Source of the DNA: Obrimoposthia wandeli | Taxonomy: Eukaryota | Direction of reading: 5' to 3' | Assembly (NCBI GenBank): GCA_977020255.1 | Contig: CDROCS010003840.1 | Coordinates: forward strand, 310,001-372,849 | DNA: 62,849 bases | Shown here: one piece after another, positions 30,189 to 40,757 of the stretch | How positions within the stretch are numbered: the stretch's first letter is position 1 | Layout of the letters: every line of letters starts with the position of its first letter | The notes under the pieces: generated by a model | The model's input: the letters and a program-made list of their open reading frames with translations, nothing else | Database searches by the model: none | Told to the model about the DNA's origin: nothing | Translations under genes and position numbers: made by a program

Positions 30189-30662
30189 TTAGTTAATCTT
30201 GAATAATTCCACATCAAAAATTAATACAGAACCAGGAGGAATACTGCCTGCGCCACCGTTACCATATGCTAATTCCGACGGGATAAAAAAGCGTGTTTTC
30301 TCGCCAACAACCATCAGCTGCACACCTTCCGTCCAACCTTTGATTACTTGATTCAAACCAAAAGAAATTGTTTCGCCGCGATCAACTGAACTGTCAAAAA
30401 CAGAACCATTAATTAATGTACCGTGGTAGTGAACGGTTACTTTGTCTGATGCTTTAGGGTGTTCTGTTTCCGTGCCTTCTTGTAAAACTAAGTATTGAAG
30501 ACCTGAATCTGTTGTTTTTACACCGTCTTTGAGTCCATTTTCTGCTAGAAACTCCTGACCTATTTTGATGTTTTCGCCTGCGGCTTGTTTGTTGCTGAAA
30601 GAGCGCTGTACAAAGAAAATAACTAAGCCAATAAGAGCGATGGTAACAATAATTTTAAACAC
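30189..30662 (-). CDS. FKBP-type peptidyl-prolyl isomerase with an N-terminal membrane anchor
   Basis: VTVHYHGTLINGSVFDSS, VIKGWTEG, IPSELAYG, IPPGSVLIFDVEL. Confidence 0.93.
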   Translation of the reverse strand: MFKIIVTIALIGLVIFFVQRSFSNKQAAGENIKIGQEFLAENGLKDGVKTTDSGLQYLVLQEGTETEHPKASDKVTVHYHGTLINGSVFDSSVDRGETISFGLNQVIKGWTEGVQLMVVGEKTRFFIPSELAYGNGGAGSIPPGSVLIFDVELFKIN

Positions 30663-30726
30663 GATTTTTTCCTAACGGTTAGATTTAAAATAAGTTTACT
30701 GTAATTCGGTTTGGAAATGTACTGGT

Positions 30727-31284
30727 TTAGCGAGGAAACAGATCTTCAGGAATTAAAGAATACACGAGCCCATTATGGATTTTTCCATGGGTAAATATTC
30801 GGTTTCTTGCTTCACATTCAAACTGTGCATTACAGGCGATGGCTGTTTTTTGGCTCGGATAGTTATCAGGGTGAACGATGATCTCTAGTCGCGTTAATCC
30901 TAGAGTCATAAAAGCAAACTGCGCGAGAGCTAAACAGGCTTCTGATGCGATACCTTGGCGATGGTATGACGTTCGTACCCAGTAACCAAGATTGGCAGAA
31001 TTACACATGGGAATTAATGCACTGATAGACACACTGCCAATAAAGGCATCGTCAAAACGATCAAAAATAGCAAGCTCATAGCTCATGTCTGTTTGCCAGC
31101 TTAATCGGCTTGATGCAATCCATTCATGGGCGTCGTGCTGATCATAATGAGGCGTGCACCACTCAAGCCAAGGGCTTAATTGCGCGGTAGATTCTTGAAC
31201 AGCAGTAAGGTGAGCGAGTAAATCGACAGTTTTAAAAGGACGTAAAATTAATCGCTGAGTTGATAGCTCAAAGTCCATTTTCAT
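30727..31284 (-). CDS. GNAT N-acetyltransferase, RimJ/RimL family
   Basis: TQRLILRP, ANLGYWV, RQGIASEA, NYPSQKTA; start taken as ATG 31284. Confidence 0.85.
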   Translation of the reverse strand: MKMDFELSTQRLILRPFKTVDLLAHLTAVQESTAQLSPWLEWCTPHYDQHDAHEWIASSRLSWQTDMSYELAIFDRFDDAFIGSVSISALIPMCNSANLGYWVRTSYHRQGIASEACLALAQFAFMTLGLTRLEIIVHPDNYPSQKTAIACNAQFECEARNRIFTHGKIHNGLVYSLIPEDLFPR

Positions 31285-31358
31285 TATTATTCTTACCCAC
31301 TCTTTTTTTCGTGATAAAATGAGATTACCTATCGAACATAGCATTGAATTAGCGCAAC

Positions 31359-31383
31359 AAAAAGCCCCCGCAATGCGAGGGCT
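31359..31383 (-). terminator. Intrinsic terminator after csiV
   Basis: AGCCCCCGC-aat-GCGAGGGCT with a minus-strand U-tract. Confidence 0.6.
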
Positions 31384-31398
31384 AGTTAGTCGTATAAT

Positions 31399-32304
31399 TT
31401 AGCTTCCTACTCGGCGTACTTGAATAATAACGCCTAATAGCGGGTTATCTAAGTAATGTATCTCGCCACTGCGCATACGACGCTGTTGTGATAAGCGATA
31501 AGGCTTCAAAAACTCTTCAACCTTAATGTTCTTTTTAACTTCTTGTAGGTGACCAATTTGAACATTGCTGTTTTCGTCAATGTCATTTTCGATATCAGTG
31601 CCACTGCTTATAGTCAGCGTACTCTGTTCATTCGCGATACTTTCAAGTAGTGGTTTAGTCATAATAACTTCACGACGACTTGGCTCTCGTAAATCGAGGT
31701 TGGCATCTAAGAATAAATAATGCTGAACATAGACTTGTAGCATTCCGTTTAATTGATATAGCGGATCTGAATTTGCCTCGTTAGCTATATCAGCGACATC
31801 GTTATTGGAATTCGATAGCAGAGGGATGCTGTTATCTGTTGTGATTGTAATGCCATCATTGTTGGTATCACTGCCCATTGAACCTGCGTTTGTAGGCTGT
31901 ACAACATCTTTTTTTGAACGGCCATCAGGTAAAAATTGTTCAGAAAAATCACGACCCGCCGTTATAAATAACTTAGGTGCATTAGCCTGATTCTGATCAC
32001 CTTGCCGCCAAGCGATGTGTGCAAGAGGCGTAAAGCCAGCATGTTTTTTTAGTTTGTTATACTGGGCGTCCAGTGCATATTGGCTAGAAGGAAGAATAGT
32101 TACCCCTTTCGCTTTTAATGCCGTGTTATCTTCTAAAGATAGAGCGCCTTTCATATCAACTTGTTTGAGTTGTTCGGGCCAAGATTCGTTAACCTGTTCA
32201 GGGTTGATATTTCGTTTGAATAGAATCACTTCTATATCAAACTGTCTCGCCGCAAATGATGGCCAACTAACGGCCAGAAGAAGCAAATAAATCAGTTTTT
32301 TCAA
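31399..32304 (-). CDS. csiV: Peptidoglycan-binding protein CsiV
   Basis: RQFDIEVILFKR, HIAWRQ, LQVYVQHYL, RRMRSGEIHYLDNPLLGVIIQVR; downstream of mfd as in Vibrio. Confidence 0.88.
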   Translation of the reverse strand: MKKLIYLLLLAVSWPSFAARQFDIEVILFKRNINPEQVNESWPEQLKQVDMKGALSLEDNTALKAKGVTILPSSQYALDAQYNKLKKHAGFTPLAHIAWRQGDQNQANAPKLFITAGRDFSEQFLPDGRSKKDVVQPTNAGSMGSDTNNDGITITTDNSIPLLSNSNNDVADIANEANSDPLYQLNGMLQVYVQHYLFLDANLDLREPSRREVIMTKPLLESIANEQSTLTISSGTDIENDIDENSNVQIGHLQEVKKNIKVEEFLKPYRLSQQRRMRSGEIHYLDNPLLGVIIQVRRVGS

Positions 32305-32392
32305 GGTAATCTCCGCACTTTAGTGCTTGTATTTCCAATTCATACAAACGACTGACTCAGTAAAGCCAGCCGTTTGGTTTGCATGCTTTGGA

Positions 32393-35300
32393 TTATATTC
32401 TGTTTTCTGATAATTGAGTTAGTAGCTGGTCCACAAACTTGATTCGTTCTTTGCGATCTGTCATTGGTGCCATGACTTTTAGTTTGGTTGGGCCTTCCAT
32501 ACGGTAATGTTGAGGCTTTGATTGTAGTAAGCTGACGAGAAACATAGGATTAATGGCAGCATCTTGTTCAAATTCAATATACCCACCTTTTTCACCTGCT
32601 TCAATGCGACGAATGCCGACGGAAGCTGCTTTTAATTTTAAATTGTTTACCGTTAGCAAGTTGGTTGTTGCTTCAGGTAATAGGCCAAACCGATCAATCA
32701 GTTCGACTTTTAAATCGTTTAAATCTTGCTCATCAATGGCACTAGCAATACGCTTGTACAATGATAAACGCATGTTGATATCTGGAATATAATCATCAGG
32801 CAGTAATGCTGGTAGACGTAGCTCAACTTCCGTCTGCTTACGTAGCAGATCATCAAGTGATGATTCCTTGCCTTCCTTCAATGCTTCAACCGCTTGCTCT
32901 AGCATTTCCATGAACAGCGAAAATCCAACGGATTGAATTTGACCGCTTTGTTCGTCACCTAATAGCTCACCGGCACCGCGAATTTCAAGGTCGTGCGTTG
33001 CAAGAGTGAAGCCTGCGCCCAGCTCTTCTAGTGATTCAATGGCTTCTAAACGTTTGACGGCATCTTTCGTCATGCGTTTTTTGTGTGGGGTTAATAAATA
33101 GGCATAGGCTTGGTGGTGCGATCGTCCAACACGACCTCTAAGTTGGTGTAATTGTGCTAAACCAAGGTTGTCGGCACGATTCATGATAATCGTGTTTGCT
33201 GTTGGAATATCAATGCCAGTTTCGATTATGGTTGTACAGACGAGTAGATTGAAGCGCTGATGATAAAAATCGCCCATCACTTTTTCGAGGTCACGTTCAC
33301 GCATTTGACCATGAGCAAAGGTGATACGCGCTTCTGGGATCAGTTTGGCTAATTCATCGGTGGTTTTCTCAATGCTATCGACTTCATTGTGCAGGAAGTA
33401 CACTTGGCCACCACGTGTTATTTCACGTAGCACGGCTTCACGCACCATGGCATCGTCTTTCTCTCGCACAAAGGTCTTAATGGCTAAGCGACGGGCAGGT
33501 GGTGTTGCAATGATGGATAGATCACGCATACCACTCATTGCCATATTGAGCGTACGAGGAATCGGTGTTGCCGTCAGGGTCAAAATATCAATATCAGCAC
33601 GAATGGCTTTAATTTTCTCTTTCTGACGCACACCAAAGCGGTGTTCTTCATCAACAACTAATAAACCTAAATCGTGATATTTGACCGATGCGTTAAGTAA
33701 TTTATGCGTGCCGATGAGTATATCTATTTTGCCTTCTTCGGCATCAAGCATGACTTGTTTTTGTTCTTTTGCTGTTTTAAAGCGAGAAAGCACTTCAACA
33801 CGAACTGGTGTATTGGCAAAACGATCGCGGAAGTTTTCAAAATGCTGCTGTGCCAACAATGTGGTAGGCACTAATACCGTGACTTGTTTGTTGTTATCAA
33901 TCGCAACAAATGCAGCACGCATCGCGACTTCTGTTTTACCGAAGCCTACGTCACCACACACAAGGCGGTCCATGGCTTTAGCCTGACACATGTCTGAAAG
34001 TACGGAGTTAATCGCTAAGGCTTGGTCGTGGGTCTCTTCAAAAGGGAACCCGCTACAGAAATCAGCATAAGATTCTCTATCTAACGTGAACTTAAAGCCA
34101 GGCTTTAGTTTGCGCTTTGCGTAAACATCGAGTAATTCTGCTGCTACATCGCGTACTTTTTCAGCCGCTTTTTTACGCGCTTTTACCCATGCTTCGCCAC
34201 CCAATTTATGCAGCGGCGCACTTTCATCAGCACCGCCGGAGTAACGGCTAATTAGGTGCAGTGATGCAACTGGTACATAGAGCTTTGCGCCAGCATGGTA
34301 TTCAAGCATGACATATTCAGTTGTAATGCCACCAGCTTCTAATGTTTGCAGGCCTTGATAACGACCAATACCATGATCGAGATGAACCACGGGCTGACCG
34401 ACTTGTAATTCTGCCAAGTTACGAATAATTGTATCGGCATTGATACTTTTCTTATCATCACGGCGGCGACGTTGACTAACGCGTTCACCGAGTAAATCAC
34501 TTTCACAAATAAACGCGACAGAAGGCGACTCTAGAATAAAGCCTTGTTCAGCAGCACCAATAACCAGCGTGTAATCACTCGGTGCTTCAATGGCTTCTTC
34601 TAGACTAGCGCACACCATTGGGCGCATTTTTATGCGAGCTAGCAGATCCAGTAATGCCTCACGTCGACCTTCAGAGGCAACGGAAAAGACAACTTTCCCT
34701 TTAAATTGCTCGGTAAAACGACGCAGTGCAGCAAAAGGTTCTTTAAGTTGTTGGTTAATGATTATTTCAGGTACTGGCGTTAACGTTGGATTGTAACGAC
34801 CCACTTTATCGGGTTCGTTGTCATGACGAATTCGAACTTGTGGCAACGTTTTAAAACCGCGGAACATCTCATCTTTTGTTAGCCATAACTCTTTGGGTTC
34901 TAGCAAAGGACGTAATGGGTCAACACGACGTTGATCAAAGCGATAATCTGCGTCTGCTAAGAAATGGTCAACGGAGGGTTCTAATTCTCCTAATGTCACT
35001 AATAAGGTTTCATCGGGTAAATAATCGAAGAGTGTTTCAGTCTGTTCAAAAAACAGAGGCTGCCAATATTCAATACCAGCAGGCCAAGTACGTTTACTGA
35101 CTTGCTGGTAGATAGATTCAGGTTCACGACGTGCTTCAAAACGTTCACGCCAACGCATCCGGAAATTTTCAATTGCAATTTCATCGGTTGGGAATTCATG
35201 AGCTGGTAATAAATTGATGCTATCAATTTCACCTGTTGAACGCTGATTTTCAGGGTCGAACTGACGAATTGAATCGACTTCATCATCAAAAAAATCAATA

Positions 35301-35848
35301 CGGTAAGGTTGATTGCTGCCCATAGGGAAGAGGTCGAGTAATGAACCTCGGCTAGCATACTCACCATGTTCCATGACTTGATCGACATGACGATAGCCAG
35401 ATGCTTCTAGCTGTAAACGAAGCTTATCAAGTGATAGACGATCAGCATTTCGTACAATTAAAGCATGCTTGCGAAGGTATTCTCGCGGTGTTAAACGCTG
35501 CAATAAGGTACTAATAGGCACCAAAATAATGCCATCAGACTGAGTAGGTAACTTGTATAAACGCGCCAGACGATCAGATGTAATATCTTGGTGTGGCGAG
35601 AAATTATCGTATGGCAACGTTTCCCAATCAGGGAATACATTCACTTCGACAGACGTGAACTGACTAATTTCTGGTTGTAGGCGCAGCGCTGTTTGCGTAT
35701 CAGGCACAACAGCAAGGATAGGCCCTTGATGTGCGTGAGACAGTTCAGCGACAGACAGTGCCAAAGCAGCACCAGATAGGTTACCAATGAAACGGTTATC
35801 CCCTTTTTTACTCGGCAGGGGCAGTGAGAGTAATGATAATGCTTTCAT
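32393..35848 (-). CDS. mfd: Transcription-repair coupling factor
   Basis: UvrB-like N-terminus, CarD/RID (VVHLDHGIGRY), GDVGFGKT, DEEH, TATPIPRT, QLRGRVGR. Confidence 0.98.
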   Translation of the reverse strand: MKALSLLSLPLPSKKGDNRFIGNLSGAALALSVAELSHAHQGPILAVVPDTQTALRLQPEISQFTSVEVNVFPDWETLPYDNFSPHQDITSDRLARLYKLPTQSDGIILVPISTLLQRLTPREYLRKHALIVRNADRLSLDKLRLQLEASGYRHVDQVMEHGEYASRGSLLDLFPMGSNQPYRIDFFDDEVDSIRQFDPENQRSTGEIDSINLLPAHEFPTDEIAIENFRMRWRERFEARREPESIYQQVSKRTWPAGIEYWQPLFFEQTETLFDYLPDETLLVTLGELEPSVDHFLADADYRFDQRRVDPLRPLLEPKELWLTKDEMFRGFKTLPQVRIRHDNEPDKVGRYNPTLTPVPEIIINQQLKEPFAALRRFTEQFKGKVVFSVASEGRREALLDLLARIKMRPMVCASLEEAIEAPSDYTLVIGAAEQGFILESPSVAFICESDLLGERVSQRRRRDDKKSINADTIIRNLAELQVGQPVVHLDHGIGRYQGLQTLEAGGITTEYVMLEYHAGAKLYVPVASLHLISRYSGGADESAPLHKLGGEAWVKARKKAAEKVRDVAAELLDVYAKRKLKPGFKFTLDRESYADFCSGFPFEETHDQALAINSVLSDMCQAKAMDRLVCGDVGFGKTEVAMRAAFVAIDNNKQVTVLVPTTLLAQQHFENFRDRFANTPVRVEVLSRFKTAKEQKQVMLDAEEGKIDILIGTHKLLNASVKYHDLGLLVVDEEHRFGVRQKEKIKAIRADIDILTLTATPIPRTLNMAMSGMRDLSIIATPPARRLAIKTFVREKDDAMVREAVLREITRGGQVYFLHNEVDSIEKTTDELAKLIPEARITFAHGQMRERDLEKVMGDFYHQRFNLLVCTTIIETGIDIPTANTIIMNRADNLGLAQLHQLRGRVGRSHHQAYAYLLTPHKKRMTKDAVKRLEAIESLEELGAGFTLATHDLEIRGAGELLGDEQSGQIQSVGFSLFMEMLEQAVEALKEGKESSLDDLLRKQTEVELRLPALLPDDYIPDINMRLSLYKRIASAIDEQDLNDLKVELIDRFGLLPEATTNLLTVNNLKLKAASVGIRRIEAGEKGGYIEFEQDAAINPMFLVSLLQSKPQHYRMEGPTKLKVMAPMTDRKERIKFVDQLLTQLSENRI

Positions 35849-35857
35849 GTGATTAAC

Positions 35858-36454
35858 TTATGACTCTGTTCGCTGTTGGGCGCGTACGCGCAGTAATTTT
35901 TGCTGGATATGCAAAGCAGCTCGGATCAGAAGATCGCGGTCATCTTCTTGTAAACGGTTATAGCGCAGTGTGATCGCGTATTGATCCTGCTTTTCATCTG
36001 AGTCGTCTTTATGCACTTTAGTTCCGCATGCTGCTACGTTTGCATAACAGTATATTGCGGCTGGGGGGTGTTCAAGAAACAGTTTCACTCTAACAGATGT
36101 ATCAACAGTAAAAGGGGAATCTGAAAGAAAGGTCAGTTGACTCGCACCAAAACTCTCGGTGATATAACGAAAAGTTGGATTATCTTGTTGAGATAATACG
36201 AAAGAAAGCAGTAAGTTGATTTTACTGTTTTGTGCAGCAAGGTAAGCCAGCAATGTTTTGCTGTCTTCTTTACCAAAACCTTTAAGCGTGCGTTCCGCGC
36301 TTTCTTCTAAACCGCTGCATTCGCTGGCGACACGAAATAAAGGTGGGATTTCCTGAATAAACGTGTGTTCATCAGGCAAGCATTCATCACTTGCCAGAGG
36401 TTCTACGTTTATAGTTAGCCCAGTATGGACTGAAAAATATTCGTCCTGTTCCAT
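35858..36454 (-). CDS. PilZ-domain protein, PlzB-like
   Basis: N-terminal helix (LAAQNSKINLLLSF) and a PilZ beta-barrel (VKLFLEHPPAAIYC); lies between lolC and mfd as V. cholerae plzB does; start could be 36478. Confidence 0.75.
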   Translation of the reverse strand: MEQDEYFSVHTGLTINVEPLASDECLPDEHTFIQEIPPLFRVASECSGLEESAERTLKGFGKEDSKTLLAYLAAQNSKINLLLSFVLSQQDNPTFRYITESFGASQLTFLSDSPFTVDTSVRVKLFLEHPPAAIYCYANVAACGTKVHKDDSDEKQDQYAITLRYNRLQEDDRDLLIRAALHIQQKLLRVRAQQRTES

Positions 36455-36702
36455 GTCGCTCTCGTTATTAATTAACATTCGCAACTATTCCCTGCATTAC
36501 AGGTCGAACAGCTTTACGAGTGTTAGTATTTATTCATAATTACTCGATTATCACTTAGGTATTGCATTCGAGCAAGTAAACACATCTGACTGTACGTTTT
36601 TTACTCTCTGTTTTTACATTAGTTTTACGCTGTTACATGGTAATCAAAGGCAGCAACGGGTATTCTTTCTTTACTTTAAACAAGGGATGGTTTCTCTAAC
36701 CT

Positions 36703-37911
36703 ATGTTTCATCCAGTATCTTTTTTTATCGGTCTACGCTATCTGCGTGGTCGCTCAGGTGACCGATTCAGTCGCTTTGTATCATATATGTCCACGGCAGG
36801 TATCACCATTGGTGTGTTGTCTTTAGTGACGGTACTTTCCGTTATGAATGGCTTTGAGCAACAACTAAAAGATCGAATTTTAGGTGTTTTACCTCAAGCT
36901 GTTATTTCTCAAGATGATGGGCGCATGCCTGTATCAGATACCGTTCCTCAATCATTGCAACAATTACCCCATGTTACTCATGTTACGCCGATCACTCGCG
37001 GTGAAGCAGTACTGCAAAGTGCATCGTCATTAGCGGCTGGTAATATGATAGGGATTGATCCTAGCTATTATGAACCCATCGCAATAGACATGACGGTTGG
37101 GAAATTAGATAACCTTGTTGCTGGCAGCTATCGCGTTGTTATTGGTCAAGCGTTAGCCAATCAGCTTGGGGTGCAAGTGGGTGATAAGATTCGCCTAATG
37201 GTAACCAGTGCCAGCCAGTACACGCCATTAGGGCGTATTCCTAGCCAGCGTAACTTTACTATTGAAGGTTTCTTCGACACAGGCTCTGATGTTGATAAGC
37301 AACTTATCCTTACTAATATCCAAGATGCTGGAAAATTACTTCGTTATAAAGCAGATCAAATAACGGGATGGCGATTATTCCTAGATGATCCTTTTGCTGT
37401 GACTGAACTTGCGACAGTATCCATGCCGAATGATTGGCAATGGTCTGATTGGCGAGAACAGCGCGGTGAGCTGTTCCAAGCCGTGAAAATGGAAAAGAAT
37501 ATGATGGGCTTAATGCTTGGGCTGATCATTGGTGTCGCTGCATTTAACATTATTTCCGCATTGATTATGGTGGTGATGGAGAAGCAAGCAGAGGTTGCCA
37601 TTCTAAAAACCCAAGGTATGACTAACCACCAAGTGCTGATGGTATTTATGGTTCAAGGTGCAAGTAGTGGTGTTATTGGTGCCGTGAGCGGGGGTGTGCT
37701 GGGCATATTACTGGCGGCAAATTTGAATGCCGTGATGTCAGTTTTTGGTGTGCAATATCTTATGGCGGGTGGGTCTCTACCAATCGTTATTGAACCGTTA
37801 CAGGTTATATTTGTTATTTTAGGTGCTATTTTGTTAAGTCTTATTGCTACTATCTTACCTTCTTATCGTGCGGCATCTGTTCGTCCTGCTGAGGCATTGC
37901 GTTATGAGTAA
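36703..37911 (+). CDS. lolC: Lipoprotein-releasing ABC transporter permease LolC
   Basis: [32 protein letters not shown]. Confidence 0.95.
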   Translation: MFHPVSFFIGLRYLRGRSGDRFSRFVSYMSTAGITIGVLSLVTVLSVMNGFEQQLKDRILGVLPQAVISQDDGRMPVSDTVPQSLQQLPHVTHVTPITRGEAVLQSASSLAAGNMIGIDPSYYEPIAIDMTVGKLDNLVAGSYRVVIGQALANQLGVQVGDKIRLMVTSASQYTPLGRIPSQRNFTIEGFFDTGSDVDKQLILTNIQDAGKLLRYKADQITGWRLFLDDPFAVTELATVSMPNDWQWSDWREQRGELFQAVKMEKNMMGLMLGLIIGVAAFNIISALIMVVMEKQAEVAILKTQGMTNHQVLMVFMVQGASSGVIGAVSGGVLGILLAANLNAVMSVFGVQYLMAGGSLPIVIEPLQVIFVILGAILLSLIATILPSYRAASVRPAEALRYE

Positions 37912-38593
37912 TTCGTTATTAGTGTGTCATGGTTTACGTAAAGTCTATCGCGAAGCTCAGCTTGAAACTGAAGTGTTGAAAGGGGTGAGCTTTGCCATTG
38001 AACCCAATGAATTAGTCGCAATCGTCGGCTCTTCTGGTTCAGGTAAAAGTACGTTATTACACCTATTAGGTGCACTTGATGAGCCAAGTGATGGTGATGT
38101 GTTTTTCAAAGGTCAAAAATTGAATTTGATGAGTGCGAATAAACAAGCGAAAATTCGAAATCAGGAAATAGGGTTTGTTTATCAGTTTCATCACCTACTT
38201 GCCGATTTTAGTGCCATGGAAAATGTCGCAATGCCACTATTGATCGGTGGTATGGCAACAGATAAAGCCGAGTTAAAAGCAAAAGCTATTTTAGACATGG
38301 TGGGCCTTAGCCACCGTTATGAGCATCGCCCTTCAGAATTGAGTGGGGGTGAGCGTCAACGTGTTGCCTTTGCCCGTGCATTAGTCAATAACCCGTCAAT
38401 TGTATTGGCTGACGAACCAACGGGTAATTTAGATCATAAAACAGCACTCGAAATTTATGATCTGATGTGTAAGTTAAATAAAGAGTCGGGTACCGCCTTT
38501 TTAGTCGTCACGCATGATAATGAATTAGCGGCGAAGTTAGATCGTTGTATGCATATGCAAGACGGTCACTTGGTTCAGGTTGAGGTAGCTTAA
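37904..38593 (+). CDS. lolD: Lipoprotein-releasing ABC transporter ATPase LolD
   Basis: ATG 37904 overlaps the lolC end; [28 protein letters not shown]. Confidence 0.96.
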   Translation: MSNSLLVCHGLRKVYREAQLETEVLKGVSFAIEPNELVAIVGSSGSGKSTLLHLLGALDEPSDGDVFFKGQKLNLMSANKQAKIRNQEIGFVYQFHHLLADFSAMENVAMPLLIGGMATDKAELKAKAILDMVGLSHRYEHRPSELSGGERQRVAFARALVNNPSIVLADEPTGNLDHKTALEIYDLMCKLNKESGTAFLVVTHDNELAAKLDRCMHMQDGHLVQVEVA

Positions 38594-39837
38594 TGTTTCG
38601 ACCTTTATCTCTTTATATCGGTAGTCGTTTTAGCCGCGCGAAACAACGAAACCGCATGGTATCGTTCATTTCAATTTCTTCTATTTTAGGTATTGCTGTT
38701 GGTGTCGCAGTTATCATCATAGGGTTATCGGCGATGAATGGTTTTGAACGTGAATTACAAAATCGTGTATTAGCGGTTATTCCCCATGGTGAATTAGAAG
38801 CCGTAAAAGCCCCTTTGACCGAGTGGCAACCCATACTTGAAACGGTAAAAAAACACCCACGAGTAACGGGTGCTGCGCCATATGTTTTATTTACCGCTTT
38901 GCTTGAAAAAGGCAGTAATCTAAAAGCGGTACAAGTGCGTGGTGTAAACCCTGAAGAAGAAATACAAGTCAGTGCGTTACCACAATATGTAAAAGATAAC
39001 GCTTGGCAGAGTTTTGCTGCGGGCAATAAGCAAATTATTGTCGGGCAAGGTGTTGCTCAAAAATTGCAGATTGGGGTCGGTGATTGGATTACAGCAATGA
39101 TCCCTAATTCCGATCCAGAGAAAAAACTCCGTGCACCACATCGTATTCGTTTACAAGTGTCTGGATTATTGGCACTTGGCGGTCAGATTGATCATAACTT
39201 TGCGATTATACCGTTAGCTGATGCTCAACAATATTTATCGATGGGCGAGGGGATATCGGGAATTTCGTTGAATGTCGATAATGTGCTTGATGCTCAATCT
39301 ATTGTTAAAGAAGTCGGCTTTACTTTGCCCGTGTATGTCTATTTAAAAAGCTGGACACAGAAATATGGCTACCTGTATCGAGATATTCAGATGGTACGCA
39401 CCATTATGTATTTGGTCATGGTGTTAGTGATTGGTGTTGCTTGTTTTAATATTATCTCAACCTTGATGATGTCAGTAAAAGATCGGGCACCAGACATCGC
39501 TATTTTACGAACAATGGGTGCGACTGATGGTTTAGTGAAATCCATCTTCATTTGGCACGGTTTATTGTCAGGTGTTGTCGGTAGCCTTGTTGGATCGATG
39601 ATTGGTTCTCTCGTGGCGGTGAATTTGACGAGCTTGGTGAAAGGGCTTGAAATGCTGATCGGGCATCAGTTTTTATCAGGCGATATCTACTTTGTGGATT
39701 TCTTACCAACCGAGTTAGCAATTAATGATGTTGTGGTTGTCGCTATAACAGCCATTATTCTAAGTTTACTTGCGACCTGGTACCCCGCTCGCAGGGCAAG
39801 CGCACTACAACCAGCCTTGGTGTTGAGTGCAAAATAG
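38593..39837 (+). CDS. lolE: Lipoprotein-releasing ABC transporter permease LolE
   Basis: [38 protein letters not shown]. Confidence 0.95.
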   Translation: MFRPLSLYIGSRFSRAKQRNRMVSFISISSILGIAVGVAVIIIGLSAMNGFERELQNRVLAVIPHGELEAVKAPLTEWQPILETVKKHPRVTGAAPYVLFTALLEKGSNLKAVQVRGVNPEEEIQVSALPQYVKDNAWQSFAAGNKQIIVGQGVAQKLQIGVGDWITAMIPNSDPEKKLRAPHRIRLQVSGLLALGGQIDHNFAIIPLADAQQYLSMGEGISGISLNVDNVLDAQSIVKEVGFTLPVYVYLKSWTQKYGYLYRDIQMVRTIMYLVMVLVIGVACFNIISTLMMSVKDRAPDIAILRTMGATDGLVKSIFIWHGLLSGVVGSLVGSMIGSLVAVNLTSLVKGLEMLIGHQFLSGDIYFVDFLPTELAINDVVVVAITAIILSLLATWYPARRASALQPALVLSAK

Positions 39838-39864
39838 TTTTGCAGCTTAGCGAGTAAGTGTTTT

Positions 39865-39895
39865 AAAAAAACCGTCATTGCGACGGTTTTTTTTT
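39865..39895 (+). terminator. Intrinsic terminator after lolE
   Basis: AAAAAAACCGTC-attgc-GACGGTTTTTTTTT. Confidence 0.8.
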
Positions 39896-39969
39896 AGGGG
39901 GCGTTGGTTAATCTCTTCAGATTGAAGAGCCATCGACAGTAGTGAACTGGCTCTAAAATATAATTGTCG

Positions 39970-40033
39970 TGAAAACAAACATATTTAAGGTAAATGTGGT
40001 CACTCTCATTTTTAAGGGAGTGGGTGGTTTTTT
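39970..40033 (+). ncRNA. Candidate small RNA (unverified)
   Basis: TATAAT at 39959-39964, two hairpins (39980-39998 and 40001-40022) and a T6 tract, lying between two genes that already have their own terminators. Confidence 0.25.
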
Positions 40034-40059
40034 GCTTGCTGCATTATTTATATAAACGT

Positions 40060-40084
40060 AAAAAAACCTCGCGAGCGAGGTTTT
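40060..40084 (-). terminator. Intrinsic terminator after the DUF2062 gene
   Basis: AAAAAAACCTCGC-ga-GCGAGGTTTT. Confidence 0.75.
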
Positions 40085-40128
40085 AGTGAAATGCTGCATT
40101 CAATGCTTATTTTGTTTCTAAATGAGTC

Positions 40129-40641
40129 TTAGTTGCGAAATTTACGTTTCTTCCAGCTTCTTACTACCGAGTAACGCCATAAACCGCGAATACCAAAGTA
40201 ACCGATTAAAGAAAAAATAAGGCCAGTAGTAAAACAGCCAAGCATAAAAGGTGGACCTATTTGGCTCATTTGGTGAAGCAAGAACTCCCAAGACAGCTCG
40301 AAATGAAAGGGTTGCTGAGGTGAATTCATCAACCAAGCCCCTACCTTATATGCACCATAAAATAACACGGGCATCGTAATAGGGTTGCTAATCCAAACTA
40401 ATACAATAGAAAGAGGGAGGTTTACACCAAATAGAATGGCCAGTCCGGCCGCCATTATCATCTGGCTGGGCAGTGGAACAAACGCCATAAACAAACCCAC
40501 AGCAAAGGCCCCCGAAGCAGAGCGGCGATTAAGACACCATAGGTTCGGGTTATAAAGCACATTACCGAAAATTTTAAGTGCTTTTTGGCGCTTAATTGTT
40601 TCGTGATTTGGTAAAAAACGTTTAATAAGTTGTCTTGGCAT
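40129..40641 (-). CDS. DUF2062 domain membrane protein
   Basis: LWCLNRRSASGAFAVGLFMAFVP, WISNPITM motifs. Confidence 0.85.
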   Translation of the reverse strand: MPRQLIKRFLPNHETIKRQKALKIFGNVLYNPNLWCLNRRSASGAFAVGLFMAFVPLPSQMIMAAGLAILFGVNLPLSIVLVWISNPITMPVLFYGAYKVGAWLMNSPQQPFHFELSWEFLLHQMSQIGPPFMLGCFTTGLIFSLIGYFGIRGLWRYSVVRSWKKRKFRN

Positions 40642-40757
40642 CGATATACATACGCTTTGAAAACAATGAGCTGAAAGTCATTAATTGCGAATACTAAGTA
40701 TTAAAACATAAAACATGAAAATACTATTTTAAATCAACAGGCTTAAGGCAATACACA

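Noticed and set aside
40695-40720. CRP-S site upstream of comEC
   Set aside because: Only the TGCGA half is present; the second half (AGTAT) does not match TCGCA
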